Below, piece after piece: positions 48,047 to 58,859 of a DNA stretch of 64,000 bases. The notes beneath the pieces were generated by a model, which did no database searches, had not been told where the DNA came from, and worked only from the letters and a program-made list of their open reading frames with translations. The first letter of the stretch is position 1, and every line of letters starts with the position of its first letter. The DNA comes from a virus. Location: positions 17,705-81,704 of IMG/VR virus record IMGVR_UViG_3300029319_009496. One strand, 5' to 3'. Position numbers and translations under genes: made by a program.

Positions 48047-49041
48047 TGGAATTTTTTGATAAAAAAGAAGATGTAATTGATTTAGAGCTTACTCAATTTG
48101 GTAGGCACTTATTATCAAAAGGGCAGTTTCAGCCAGTATATTATTCTTTTTTTGATGACAATGTAATGTATGACTCTAATAAAGCCGGCGTGTCTGAAAA
48201 TCAAAACTTTTCTGAAGATAGAATCAAAGAAACACCAATAATAAAGCCACCTGCAGCTTATTCATCTTTAGAAAAAGAGTTTAACAGTTCTTATGAAGCT
48301 TATTTAACAGAGCACGCTGAAGGTGATTTTGTAACTTTACAAAAAACAGCAGAAAAAAATTATTTATTACCGCGCTCTCTTGGCACTTCTGATATAAATA
48401 AGGAATACTCTCCATCGTGGACAGTTAGGTTTTTGAAAGGACACATATCTAGCTCTATTAAACATCTTACTTTAGAGGAAAAATCTGGTGGTAAAAATAC
48501 TTTATTAATACCTCAGCTAGAAACAAGATCAAAAGCAAAAATGCAAGAAATGACAGCAGATCAAGCATCAGCAGCTCAAGAGCTTTTAGATGCTCCTTCT
48601 TTTGCAAATTATATTATCGCACCTGGTTCATCAAAAGAAGATTTTACAATAATCTTGAAGCTAATTGAAAATAATGCACCATTTCAAAAAGAAAATTTTG
48701 ATATAGAGATTTTTGAAATAATTGATCAGAAGGAAGGAAATAAAACAATTCAAGCTTTAAGGCCCCTACGTTTTTCTAATTCTTTAGAGTTGAATAATGC
48801 AGATGACTATTATAGCTCTGAAGTACCACAAGAAGATATAAATTATGCTTCACATTATTTTGACATTCTTGTTGATGATGAAATTGATTCAAATGTGCTT
48901 TGTGAATTAGATCCAGAAAACACAAAAATGGGTGTCTTTGCCGATAGAAGATCTATTATTTGTCAAGATGTTTTAAACAAACATAAAAAGGTTCCGTTTA
49001 ATATTTATGATACGGAAGATGTACCAGGGGAAATTTGCTAA
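48046..49041 (+). CDS. Putative baseplate/tail-collar protein
   Basis: N-terminus IDLELTQFGRHLLSKG.F...YYSFFDDNVMY is paralogous to the 56624 N-terminus. Confidence 0.55.
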   Translation: MEFFDKKEDVIDLELTQFGRHLLSKGQFQPVYYSFFDDNVMYDSNKAGVSENQNFSEDRIKETPIIKPPAAYSSLEKEFNSSYEAYLTEHAEGDFVTLQKTAEKNYLLPRSLGTSDINKEYSPSWTVRFLKGHISSSIKHLTLEEKSGGKNTLLIPQLETRSKAKMQEMTADQASAAQELLDAPSFANYIIAPGSSKEDFTIILKLIENNAPFQKENFDIEIFEIIDQKEGNKTIQALRPLRFSNSLELNNADDYYSSEVPQEDINYASHYFDILVDDEIDSNVLCELDPENTKMGVFADRRSIICQDVLNKHKKVPFNIYDTEDVPGEIC

Positions 49042-52000
49042 TGAGCGTAACTACACAATTTCTTGATTCAGTAACAGGAGGAGGTTTTTTGCCTTATGTA
49101 TATTGCAAGAAAGTTGTAATAGAAAATCATCCAGATTTTACTGATGCTTATAAAATTATTGTGCATATAGAAATATTGCAAGAAAAAAATAAACTTTTGC
49201 AAAATCCATTTTTTAATCCTACAGCGCAAGACGTGCTCGGGGTTCGTCTTACTGATTATATTTATATACAGTTCGTGCCTTTTAGTGGGGTAAATAATGT
49301 AAAAAAACTATATCCTGGATCAGCAAACGATATAGAAAAAACATATGTTTCAAATGTTGCGCAGCCTATAAGTCCATGGGCTATGGATCATCCTGATATA
49401 CAAGGCATTCTTCTTAACACACACCTACCAGGAGCCTCGAAGAAGCTTTATTCACCTTTACCCCATGGACCGGTACCAATTAAAAACTTCGCTTCGGGCG
49501 AGGCTGAGAAAATACAAGCGCCGGGCCTAAACACTATTTTTGGAAATGATCCGCTATTGCAGGGCTTTTATTTTGACACCTGGCCTCCACCTCCTTATAG
49601 ATTATCTATTGATTCAGCACTAGGTGACATTTTCAATAAGACTTTGAATCTTGATAATTTTATCGGCGTGGGCGGCATTATGGAGAATGCAGCTTTTCAA
49701 GTTTTTGGAAATACTAGACAAGAAATAATAAATGGTAAAATTTATTATGCAATTCCATTTCAAATTCCGTTTAATCACTTTTTTAATGAACATCAAAATT
49801 TAGGTTTTCTTTTTTATACGTTTTTTAATACTCCGTTATTTGTTGATGATTTAAAAAATAGTTATGAAGAAGTTTTTAATTATGGCGGTTCGGATCCTTT
49901 TATAGATTACGGAAATTTGTTTTCTCTGGGCCCAGTTAATACAGAGGTTATTTTTCTCAATGGCAAGACTACAAAAACAAGAGATCAATTTCATTTAGAT
50001 GATGGGGAGGCTTGGAATGGTCCCGCACATGTGCATATAGATAGTTCGGCTTTTTCAGGTGAAATTATTGGACCAGATCCATCTGGTTATGCAGGTAATG
50101 GAGGTTATGGTCCAAATCAAGGCTGGATGGTGGGTCAGAGGCATTCAGGGCCAGAAAACGAAAGATTGCGGCTTTTAAAAGTTCCAAATACAAAAATACA
50201 AAACTTTACTTTTGATAAAAACTTAGATCTTGATGGTTTTTTAACTGTGGCGCAAGTATATTCCCAACAATTCTTTGGCGCTGGCGATTTTATGAACAAA
50301 AGTATTCTTAAGAATATAATAAGCCCTTTTGAAAAACAAAATAAAAAATATCTAGATAAGCTTGATGCGTCATCACATTATGATAATGACAGTGAATTTT
50401 CAAAATTATATATTTCTAGAGATCATGATAATAATGCCCGAGGGATGTTTTTTATTGATTTTAAATCTCTTTTAACAAATAATTCGTTATTTTTTAGCTC
50501 TTTTAATGAATATGGAAAAAAGACACTTTTAAAATCTTGTCTAGAGTTTTCTAGCATACAAAGATTAACAGTTTTAAGAGACAGAGTGCATAAAAAATTA
50601 AAAGGAAAAATTTATGAAAAATTTCAAAATGACACTTATCTAGAGGAGCCTTCCCAGGTTATAGCAAGAGGAAGCGATAATTATAATTTTTATTCATCTC
50701 TTGGAATTCAAGGCGGCGGTAGTCTTCAAGAGACTAATGTAGATTTTTTAAATAGTGTAAAGCCCACGGGAGTTCCAGGAATTAAAGGCACAACGGGCCA
50801 TATAAGAAATTTTGGCTTTACAGATAAAGACGTATCAAATAAATCAGCAGGACATTATCAGTATAAAATTAATTTAGATTTTATAGACGGATCATATCAA
50901 TACATTAGAAATTTTTTAAATGACATGCTAAACGCATCCAAAAGAATGGAACTATATTATGAAATAGCTAGCACAGGCGTTCTTTTAAAGTCTATAGATG
51001 GACAAGTTGTAACAACTGAATATATTCAAGCTAATTCGCCAGCTGGCCCTGGTCAACTTGTAGGTAGCGTAGCCTACAGTTATTTAGAAAAGCCTAATAT
51101 CACAGCAAAAAGAGTGAAATATTATCAAGATGGAGCTTTTACCTCAGGCTTTGAGCATGCAGCTAATTATCAATTTCCTGATAAACCATGGAATTTAGAT
51201 CCCATCGACGGCGCTGATCTTGTAAATTTAATAGTTCATTATACAAAAATTTTTGAAAATGAAGATAACGTAAATGAAACAAATATACAAGAGGCTGCAA
51301 ATTACATGCGAGCTATGGTAAATCCAACTACCGGCTCACCAGAGGGTATTCTTTATATTTTAAAGATTGCAAAAAAAATGTGCGAAAGATTGACAAAAGT
51401 TTTATCAAAGACACCAGTCTCTAAAAAAGGGTGCGAACTTTCAAAAGTTGCTGGAGGTAATTATAATATTAGTAATTTTTCCAATATTCACGGTAAAGCA
51501 GCCACGATAATACAAGAAGAACACGTTTTTAATGATCCAAAAGAAATTTTTACAGCAGTTAACAGTAAAAATATATATATAGATTATTTGTCAATAGGCA
51601 CTCCCACCTCCCCCGGCCCCTTACCTGGGCTCGCTTCCTATCATTATTTACACTATCAAAATAGATGTCGTTTAGACGCTTTAAAAATATCTGAGGCTGC
51701 TGTCGATGATGAAAGATTTAATGATCAAGTTTTTGTTCTAAATGTCGAACCTCCTACTGGCGATAATACATTAGCTGGAACTGGATATTCCTACTTATCT
51801 CCTTCGATTATAGAGATGGAGACAAACAAAAATGGCTATGGCTTTATGTATAGCGCCTTCGTTCCGGGTGCCGACATCGCAGGCACGGATCCTTTAACAC
51901 CTAACCAAACTGATTTAACAGAAAGAGTTGTGTTGTCAATTTTAGATTATGTGTACAATAAAGAGGAAATTAATGATGCTGATATAACAACAAATTATTT

Positions 52001-52892
52001 TGTACCAAATAAAATTGGTCCTGATCCATCAGATATTGCACCTGCAGGCCTTGAGCCTGTAAAAAAAGAATTTTATAAAAATTTATTTGGTAGTTTTGGC
52101 TTGACATTGCATACCCAAGTTGGTTATAATCAAACATTTAATAAATTCGCAGGTGCTATATCTGAAGATTTAACACCTGTTGAGGTGGGCTCCAATGAAT
52201 TGGTCGCACAATACCCTAATGATTTTTCAGACCAAAGCTATGATACTTCACTGTATTTCAAAGATATATATTATGATGAACAAAATACAATTAGGTTTAT
52301 AAATTCTCCAGACGTCCGGGAAATACCTCCACCTAAAGCTAGCCTACCAAATATAATTAAAATTAACAGCTTAATTAATGATACGGATCCTGGCGATAAT
52401 TTATTTCAATTAAATCAAGATTATATAAATTTTTCAGACTCATACGCATTTTTAAACATGAACCTATTAATGAGAGTGGAATATTATACCGGCCCTACAG
52501 CATACACTGCAGAAGCTGGAGAAGCACTCCCACTTAAGGGTCCTGATGATGTTTTTGTGCCTGGAGATTATGAGACATATTATAAGCCTATAAAAGACGA
52601 TGATGAATCTTGGCAGTTATTAACTCGACAAATTTATGAACAAAACGCGAGCGGCCTACCCTCAAGCCCCGCCTCCGCGACATTATTTTGTAGGCTAGTT
52701 TACTATGATGAATCGGCAACTAAACAATATAAACTGCCAGTTGTAAATAGATATTTTTTACTGGTCGGCGGCCAGTATGATTTTTCCGGTGAGGGTGTGA
52801 TTCAAGACAACAATCCAGCCACGTCCATCACCGCCGACATAGATACCATGTCGCTTAATATAACCGCGCAGGGCCCTGAATTCGGGCTTTGA
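49041..52892 (+). CDS. Large hypothetical virion protein (about 1283 aa)
   Basis: TAATG coupling at 49041; structural context. Confidence 0.65.
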   Translation: MSVTTQFLDSVTGGGFLPYVYCKKVVIENHPDFTDAYKIIVHIEILQEKNKLLQNPFFNPTAQDVLGVRLTDYIYIQFVPFSGVNNVKKLYPGSANDIEKTYVSNVAQPISPWAMDHPDIQGILLNTHLPGASKKLYSPLPHGPVPIKNFASGEAEKIQAPGLNTIFGNDPLLQGFYFDTWPPPPYRLSIDSALGDIFNKTLNLDNFIGVGGIMENAAFQVFGNTRQEIINGKIYYAIPFQIPFNHFFNEHQNLGFLFYTFFNTPLFVDDLKNSYEEVFNYGGSDPFIDYGNLFSLGPVNTEVIFLNGKTTKTRDQFHLDDGEAWNGPAHVHIDSSAFSGEIIGPDPSGYAGNGGYGPNQGWMVGQRHSGPENERLRLLKVPNTKIQNFTFDKNLDLDGFLTVAQVYSQQFFGAGDFMNKSILKNIISPFEKQNKKYLDKLDASSHYDNDSEFSKLYISRDHDNNARGMFFIDFKSLLTNNSLFFSSFNEYGKKTLLKSCLEFSSIQRLTVLRDRVHKKLKGKIYEKFQNDTYLEEPSQVIARGSDNYNFYSSLGIQGGGSLQETNVDFLNSVKPTGVPGIKGTTGHIRNFGFTDKDVSNKSAGHYQYKINLDFIDGSYQYIRNFLNDMLNASKRMELYYEIASTGVLLKSIDGQVVTTEYIQANSPAGPGQLVGSVAYSYLEKPNITAKRVKYYQDGAFTSGFEHAANYQFPDKPWNLDPIDGADLVNLIVHYTKIFENEDNVNETNIQEAANYMRAMVNPTTGSPEGILYILKIAKKMCERLTKVLSKTPVSKKGCELSKVAGGNYNISNFSNIHGKAATIIQEEHVFNDPKEIFTAVNSKNIYIDYLSIGTPTSPGPLPGLASYHYLHYQNRCRLDALKISEAAVDDERFNDQVFVLNVEPPTGDNTLAGTGYSYLSPSIIEMETNKNGYGFMYSAFVPGADIAGTDPLTPNQTDLTERVVLSILDYVYNKEEINDADITTNYFVPNKIGPDPSDIAPAGLEPVKKEFYKNLFGSFGLTLHTQVGYNQTFNKFAGAISEDLTPVEVGSNELVAQYPNDFSDQSYDTSLYFKDIYYDEQNTIRFINSPDVREIPPPKASLPNIIKINSLINDTDPGDNLFQLNQDYINFSDSYAFLNMNLLMRVEYYTGPTAYTAEAGEALPLKGPDDVFVPGDYETYYKPIKDDDESWQLLTRQIYEQNASGLPSSPASATLFCRLVYYDESATKQYKLPVVNRYFLLVGGQYDFSGEGVIQDNNPATSITADIDTMSLNITAQGPEFGL

Positions 52893-52963
52893 TCCAGAAA
52901 CCGATGATTTGCCAGAAAATATATATCCATAAGATTTACTATTATTTTTAAAATATATTTTTT

Positions 52964-52973
52964 AACTATTTAT
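52964..52973 (+). promoter_or_regulatory. Putative phage late promoter (AACTATTTAT)
   Basis: Intergenic, 25 nt upstream of ATG 52999; AAGGA RBS between. Confidence 0.6.
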
Positions 52974-52998
52974 TATATTCGCATAAAGGAAAAAAAAC

Positions 52999-53313
52999 AT
53001 GCCTCCTCAAAAATATCCAATTTACGATTCTTCTACATCTAAATATTTAAAAAAACAACGTGATATTAAAGCAAGAAAAAGAGATCGACGCGCAAATACT
53101 AGAGATGCCAATCTTGATCTTCCTGCAGGACGAAGTAGGCGACCCGGACCAACAGCTGGACCTGCCCCATCTCAACAAGCGCCATCTACTAGCCAACAAT
53201 CTATTTCACCTCCAGCGGCGGCCCCTGCTGTCAGTATACCAACAGGTGGTGGTGGAGGCGGCACCGGAGGTGGTGGCGGCGGAGGCGGCGGCGGCGGTGG
53301 TGGAGGATATTAA
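52999..53313 (+). CDS. Small disordered protein: basic N-terminus, P/S/A linker, poly-Gly-Tyr C-terminus
   Basis: Own promoter motif and RBS; TAATG coupling to the next gene; mixed GGN codons. Confidence 0.7.
   Translation: MPPQKYPIYDSSTSKYLKKQRDIKARKRDRRANTRDANLDLPAGRSRRPGPTAGPAPSQQAPSTSQQSISPPAAAPAVSIPTGGGGGGTGGGGGGGGGGGGGGY
53245..53307 (+). repeat. GGN trinucleotide tract encoding G6-T-G14
   Basis: ggtggtggtggaggcggcaccggaggtggtggcggcggaggcggcggcggcggtggtggagga. Confidence 0.9.
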
Positions 53314-56300
53314 TGTCATCAAAACAACTATTAGGTAAAAAAAGATTAATTGTTGATAACGCCGTCTTTTTAGACTTGCAAGAAAGCGCAGACGGCACAA
53401 CATTTGGTCAAAATTATGTTGATTATCTTGGTACAACATTTTTATCTTATGAAGGTAAAGATACTGTAAGGGCTGCAGTTGGCAAACACTGGGATTATCA
53501 TACAAATTTACCAGAAACTACTGATTCTTTTTTTACAAATAATAATCCAAAGCCAACTCTTTTTTTCAATCAGCCAGTTCATCTTGTCGAGTGTGATGAC
53601 CCAGAGGAGCTTGTGGACGTTCCATTTACTCAGGATATTTCACAGCCTGATGGCGAACTCACGCAAGAAGAAATTGACATGCTTACAGCGGCAGGTATTT
53701 TTAATCTTCCTTTCGGCATATATAGAAAAAAAATGATGTTGCGCTGTAATGTGCCATTGAGTGAATTACAAAATTATGACGATGTAAATGAGCAAAAACT
53801 ACAAATGTTTTGGACTTATTTAACAAAATATGGAATTGTTAGAGAAAATGGTCAATTATTAAGACCAATTATAAGATCAGGCGAACAATTTTTAGACCAT
53901 GTACATGAGGCCGATGATCCTTTTACACCTGAGGAACTAGAGAGCACCGATCCGGTAGGTCCTGCTTTTTATGCAGATTATAAAACATATTATAATAATA
54001 GTTATTTTTCAGAAAGATACGATGATCTCACATCAGATTCTCGTTTGCAAAATGCTTTGCCAAACGTGTATTCAATAATAAGTATTTTAAATAACCATGC
54101 ATTAACGGAAAAAACATCTTTTTCATTGACCGAAATTATAAACGGTGGGGATGATGGAATAAACAGTTTTTTCCCTAGCGGCTTTACAGTTGGTGGATCT
54201 CCGAAAAGTTTAACTTTGCAAAACTTTTTATTATATGGTTTTTATCTGCCTTCAGGCTTGCCGGTAACCCGACGCGCACCGCCAGAAACTTTTAATTCAA
54301 TTTTAAAGTATTATCCACTGGAAGCCTCTATTAGTCTTTATGGCAATCACCGTTTAACAGATCTAAGTTCTGGCGAAACATTAATTAAGATGATCCGCGC
54401 AAACAAATCGAAAGAAGACACTGACATGTCTTCTTTGTATCATGACTACATTATTAGATTTTTAGAAGAAATAGGCGGCGCCGATCCAACTTCGTATTAT
54501 ACAATTCAAGATGCTCAGGCTATTCATGATTCTTATATAGAAGGTATAGAACCAACAACAAAACTGGGAGCACTAGAGTATATAAATTCAAATTTAATTT
54601 TTAGCCCAAGATCCATTGAAACACTAAACGCTGTAAACAAATATAAAGATTATTTTCCAATGTATTTTGAGATGAATTTTTCATCAAAAAAGAAAGCAGG
54701 ATTAGGAGATATATTAAGAGAAGCACATTTTTCTAATCCAGTAGCAACAGAAATTGTAGGTTCACAAAATATATTTGGTGCTCGTCAAACAGAAGGAAGT
54801 GGCCCTTATCAGTTTCGCAATAATAAATCTGTTAATTATTCTTTTGTTGAGCATGTAGAGGCGAAAGAATATTTAAACGCTACTAATATTAGTGAAAAAA
54901 TTATTTTACCTTTATATAATCCAGACAATATAGCTTATACAGAAACAACAAAAAAAACTATCGATTTTATTAGTCTTTTATATGATAAAGTTAGTTTTTC
55001 AAATGATATACAGGACCTGCCTCAAGAGGACATTTTATATGATTCAAACGGCAATCCTATGAATTGGATAAGTCAAGAAGATCCAATACCGGGTGCTCCT
55101 CTCCCCTATTCTCTTGGGACTGATGCTAGAAATTATATAACATATTTCAAAAATTCAGATGAATATGACATATATGAGGCTGAATGGCTTAATGGAGTAT
55201 TCGCTCAAGCTATAAAAAGTGAAGTGGTAGGTATTTATGGATCTAGCAGAAGAAAATACATTGATATAGTCGCTGGAACTCAAGCAAATAATGAAGATTT
55301 ATTTTATTTAATTAAAAAATTTGAAATAAAATCGGGTGTGGAAAAAGAAATAAAAAATATTATCTTTCCAAATAATTCACAAGTTAAGGATATACAATTT
55401 GTCGACACACAAGTTAAGTACGCTAGTAATGCAACTTATCGATATGAAGTTTATGCTTGTCGCCTCGTTTACGGTGAAAGTTATAGCTATTATTTTGAAG
55501 ATGACGTCGGCGCAAAATATACCTATAGTGATGCGGATGCAATTAATTCTTTTGGAAACACTGAAAATTTAATAAACCCTAATACTTTACCTGGTGAATT
55601 TTATGGTGGCACAACTTCGCATTTAGAAGGAGATTCTGTGATGCTTCATACAACTTTCTATGCTGAAACTAGACCATCTATACAATTAATACAAGATTTA
55701 CTTTTTTCAACACCAGAAATAAAAATTGTTGATTCGCCGCCAGTTCCGCCTGATGTAAATATTGTGCCCTACAGAGCTAAAAGCGACAGGATAAAAATAA
55801 TATTGCAGGCTTCTTCTGATATGTTTAGAGAAAAGATGGTCAGACTTACAAATAGTGATATTAATCAAGAAAATTTAATGATAGAAGCTCAGCTTTCGGC
55901 TGATAGAAAAATATTATTTTCATCTGATGACAGAGTTTCTGGTTTTGAAATGTTCAAAATAGATAAGAGACCAACATCATATCAAGATTTTTTTCTAGAT
56001 GTTGCAAATCCTGTGATTCAAGGATCAACTGTTATGTTTGATGATTTAGTACAGCCTAATAGAAAATATTATTATACTTTTAGAACAGTAGATATACACG
56101 GTCATTTTTCTAACCCCTCTGCTGTATACGAGGTTGAACTAATAGATGAAAAAGGTGCAGTAAAGCCAATAATAAAAACAATTTCTTTAGATCCACCACA
56201 AGATTATCAACAAGTAAAGGAGTGTCAAAAATATTTAATGATTAAGCCCACTGATAAACAAATATTTTTTTCAGATTCAGAAGCAATCGATTCTATTTTT

Positions 56301-56552
56301 TCCTCTAAGAAGCCAGTTGATCAACGCCGCCGTTTTAAAGTTAGGCTAACATCAAAAAGCACTGGTAAAAAAGTTGATATTAATATTTCTTTTGGAAGAG
56401 AAATGTTACCTAAAGAAATTGAACTTACTTCGACTCAAGCAAACGCGCTCGTCGACGCCTTGGCTGGCATCTCTTCAGCGAAGACGCCGCCAAGCGGTAT
56501 GACTCTCGCGCCTTTAGGGAAAAAAACGCTTAGTGATCTTATAAATGAATAA
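53313..56552 (+). CDS. Large virion protein with C-terminal FN3/Ig-like repeats
   Basis: FVDTQVKY...YRYEVYA and FDDLVQPNRKYYYTFRTVDIHGHFSNPS (FN3 F-G strands). Confidence 0.6.
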   Translation: MSSKQLLGKKRLIVDNAVFLDLQESADGTTFGQNYVDYLGTTFLSYEGKDTVRAAVGKHWDYHTNLPETTDSFFTNNNPKPTLFFNQPVHLVECDDPEELVDVPFTQDISQPDGELTQEEIDMLTAAGIFNLPFGIYRKKMMLRCNVPLSELQNYDDVNEQKLQMFWTYLTKYGIVRENGQLLRPIIRSGEQFLDHVHEADDPFTPEELESTDPVGPAFYADYKTYYNNSYFSERYDDLTSDSRLQNALPNVYSIISILNNHALTEKTSFSLTEIINGGDDGINSFFPSGFTVGGSPKSLTLQNFLLYGFYLPSGLPVTRRAPPETFNSILKYYPLEASISLYGNHRLTDLSSGETLIKMIRANKSKEDTDMSSLYHDYIIRFLEEIGGADPTSYYTIQDAQAIHDSYIEGIEPTTKLGALEYINSNLIFSPRSIETLNAVNKYKDYFPMYFEMNFSSKKKAGLGDILREAHFSNPVATEIVGSQNIFGARQTEGSGPYQFRNNKSVNYSFVEHVEAKEYLNATNISEKIILPLYNPDNIAYTETTKKTIDFISLLYDKVSFSNDIQDLPQEDILYDSNGNPMNWISQEDPIPGAPLPYSLGTDARNYITYFKNSDEYDIYEAEWLNGVFAQAIKSEVVGIYGSSRRKYIDIVAGTQANNEDLFYLIKKFEIKSGVEKEIKNIIFPNNSQVKDIQFVDTQVKYASNATYRYEVYACRLVYGESYSYYFEDDVGAKYTYSDADAINSFGNTENLINPNTLPGEFYGGTTSHLEGDSVMLHTTFYAETRPSIQLIQDLLFSTPEIKIVDSPPVPPDVNIVPYRAKSDRIKIILQASSDMFREKMVRLTNSDINQENLMIEAQLSADRKILFSSDDRVSGFEMFKIDKRPTSYQDFFLDVANPVIQGSTVMFDDLVQPNRKYYYTFRTVDIHGHFSNPSAVYEVELIDEKGAVKPIIKTISLDPPQDYQQVKECQKYLMIKPTDKQIFFSDSEAIDSIFSSKKPVDQRRRFKVRLTSKSTGKKVDINISFGREMLPKEIELTSTQANALVDALAGISSAKTPPSGMTLAPLGKKTLSDLINE

Positions 56553-56594
56553 AATACACATTTTTTCTAAACATTTATCATAAACAAAAACAAT

Positions 56595-56605
56595 AACTAT
56601 TTATA
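56595..56605 (+). promoter_or_regulatory. Putative phage late promoter (AACTATTTATA)
   Basis: Intergenic, 18 nt upstream of ATG 56624; GAGGAG RBS between. Confidence 0.6.
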
Positions 56606-56623
56606 CATTAGAGGAGCATAGAA

Positions 56624-57763
56624 ATGGCATTTTTAGATAACTCAGGTGATATTATTCTCGACGCAGTGTTAACTGATACTGGTCGACTTAGATTAGCTCA
56701 AGGCGATGGTTCGTTTAAAATAAGTAAGTTTGCATTAGGCGACGATGAAATTAATTATGCAAATTATAATAAACTTCACCCATCAGGCAGCGCTTACTAC
56801 GATTTGGAAGTTCTGCAAACACCTTTATTGGAGGCTTTTGCTAATAACTCTTCTAATTTAAAAAGTAAATTGGTGTCAATGAACCGAACTAATATTCTTT
56901 ATATGCCAATTTTACAATTAAATAAAAACGATAAAGCTCATAATCAAGATCCAAAAATTCAACACTATCCGTCGAAAACTTTTAAAAGATATGGTGCTGA
57001 ATATGGAGGTAATGGCGCAGATAAGCTTGATAACAAATTTTATATAGCTGTTGATAAAGATACTTTTCGATTTTTAAACCAAAAAAAGGTTGGTAGTAGT
57101 GATGAGTCAGGCTTTGACAGCCAACTTGAAGGTGTAATACAGGGCTTCGTCGCGTCAACAGGTCAAGTTGGAATTGATAATCCGGGAGCGCCCGGAGGAA
57201 GCTTGATAAGAGTAGATCATGGCTTAAATTCATCAGAGGTGAGCCCGGGCTTAGGTTTAGATACTGATTTACAAGAGACCGCTTTTATTGTTGAATTAGA
57301 TTACAGATTAGGCAGAGTAAAATTTGATTCACAAGATATTCCAGCACCAACTAATTTTATTGATGATGACAATATTGCTACTTATTATCTATCAAGTGGT
57401 TTTGTTAATCCAAAAGGGGCTAATAATGCTCCTTCTGCTACTAACATATTGGAAGATCCTACAATATCGAACCTTGCTTCTTCAAATCCACAAGTTTTTG
57501 CAGGCCCTAGAGGCTCAACTTTTCATTTTAGAATTCATGCCTCACAAGAACTTCAGCAATCAACTTATTTGTTTAACCAGATGGGTTCTTCAGAGGATAC
57601 AGATAAAACTAGTAACATATTAGGTTTTCCATCTTCAGGGTCCGAAATGGACACTCGTGTTACCGATAAGATTACTTATTATATAGACAGCACAGTGCGC
57701 GTTATTGGTGTCAATACTGGGTTTAGATTGGATATACCAATACGTTTTATTAAAATAACATAG
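56624..57763 (+). CDS. Virion structural protein with tail-collar-fibre (DUF3751 N-half)-like start
   Basis: DAVLTDTGRLRLAQG...ISKFALGDDEINY; strong RBS. Confidence 0.6.
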   Translation: MAFLDNSGDIILDAVLTDTGRLRLAQGDGSFKISKFALGDDEINYANYNKLHPSGSAYYDLEVLQTPLLEAFANNSSNLKSKLVSMNRTNILYMPILQLNKNDKAHNQDPKIQHYPSKTFKRYGAEYGGNGADKLDNKFYIAVDKDTFRFLNQKKVGSSDESGFDSQLEGVIQGFVASTGQVGIDNPGAPGGSLIRVDHGLNSSEVSPGLGLDTDLQETAFIVELDYRLGRVKFDSQDIPAPTNFIDDDNIATYYLSSGFVNPKGANNAPSATNILEDPTISNLASSNPQVFAGPRGSTFHFRIHASQELQQSTYLFNQMGSSEDTDKTSNILGFPSSGSEMDTRVTDKITYYIDSTVRVIGVNTGFRLDIPIRFIKIT

Positions 57764-57786
57764 TATAAAATACAAGGTGAAAAAAA

Positions 57787-58845
57787 ATGGCAAAATCATT
57801 TAAAAATTTGTTAGGGGATGATCAAAAAACAACGAGAACGTTACTTCACGAAGCAATCCCGATTACAGGCAGTATTGTCTCCGGCACGTATACACTGCAC
57901 AGCAATGTTAAAACTTTTTCTCATGGCATGTTCCAGTCTATATATGACTATCCTTTCTTAAGTTCATCCGCTAATCATATTTTTGATTTGACTTACGGTC
58001 ATAGTTCTGCAGCGTCTTCGTCTGCAACTGTACAAAACGCTAAAAAGTTAAATATTTATAATCAAATGGCACAAGTGCTTATGGGCTATACAACTGATAG
58101 CCAAATAAGAAAATTTGATGCAGATGGCGAATTAGATGATTCATTAAATATTATGAATCATTGTTTCTTTGTTAACTTTTCTAGACTTTTAGTTAAAGAT
58201 GAAATTAAAAAAGGATCATTTAGACTTAATTTATATACAGGTAATGATTTTCATGGTGTTAATGCCGATGTTCTAGGAGCACAAAGATTAATCGGCGATT
58301 ATGATGCATCTAATGAATTTAGAGTTTCACCAGCTGGCGATTATGGTCTTTTATTTAAATCATCCACTAGTTCGTCCGCAAACTCTAATAGTGTTGGATT
58401 AATTTTTTATCAAGCAGGTATTGCTGTTCTAACTGCGTCAATCTTTACCAATGAATTTGGAGCTACTGGATTTACAACTGGTGGCACTACTTCTGGCACT
58501 GGTTCTATGACTGGAGCTAGAATTGGAATGACGATTGATCAACTAGCAAATGGCTTTAGAAAAACAATTGAGGACATAGATTTTAATAATACTATTGAAC
58601 TTAACTCATCAATATATTTTTGCAGAGTCAACCATAATGAATTTAATTACAGTGCAAACCCAACTTACTTAAATTCTAGTAAATTAGTTGTAAAAAATCA
58701 AGCTACAGACTTACCAGTTAGCTATATAACAACCATCGGCCTATATTCTCCCGATAATGAATTAATGGCAGTTGCTAAATTATCAGAACCTATTAGGAAG
58801 GATCCAAATACTGAATTGACTTTAAGGGTTAGATTAGATTACTAA
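57787..58845 (+). CDS. Virion structural protein, paralogue A (DUF3751 C-half-like end)
   Basis: IKKGSF, GLIFYQAG, FNYSANPT, YITTIGLY...ELMAVAKLSEPIRK. Confidence 0.6.
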   Translation: MAKSFKNLLGDDQKTTRTLLHEAIPITGSIVSGTYTLHSNVKTFSHGMFQSIYDYPFLSSSANHIFDLTYGHSSAASSSATVQNAKKLNIYNQMAQVLMGYTTDSQIRKFDADGELDDSLNIMNHCFFVNFSRLLVKDEIKKGSFRLNLYTGNDFHGVNADVLGAQRLIGDYDASNEFRVSPAGDYGLLFKSSTSSSANSNSVGLIFYQAGIAVLTASIFTNEFGATGFTTGGTTSGTGSMTGARIGMTIDQLANGFRKTIEDIDFNNTIELNSSIYFCRVNHNEFNYSANPTYLNSSKLVVKNQATDLPVSYITTIGLYSPDNELMAVAKLSEPIRKDPNTELTLRVRLDY

Positions 58846-58859
58846 TAAGAGGTAATATC

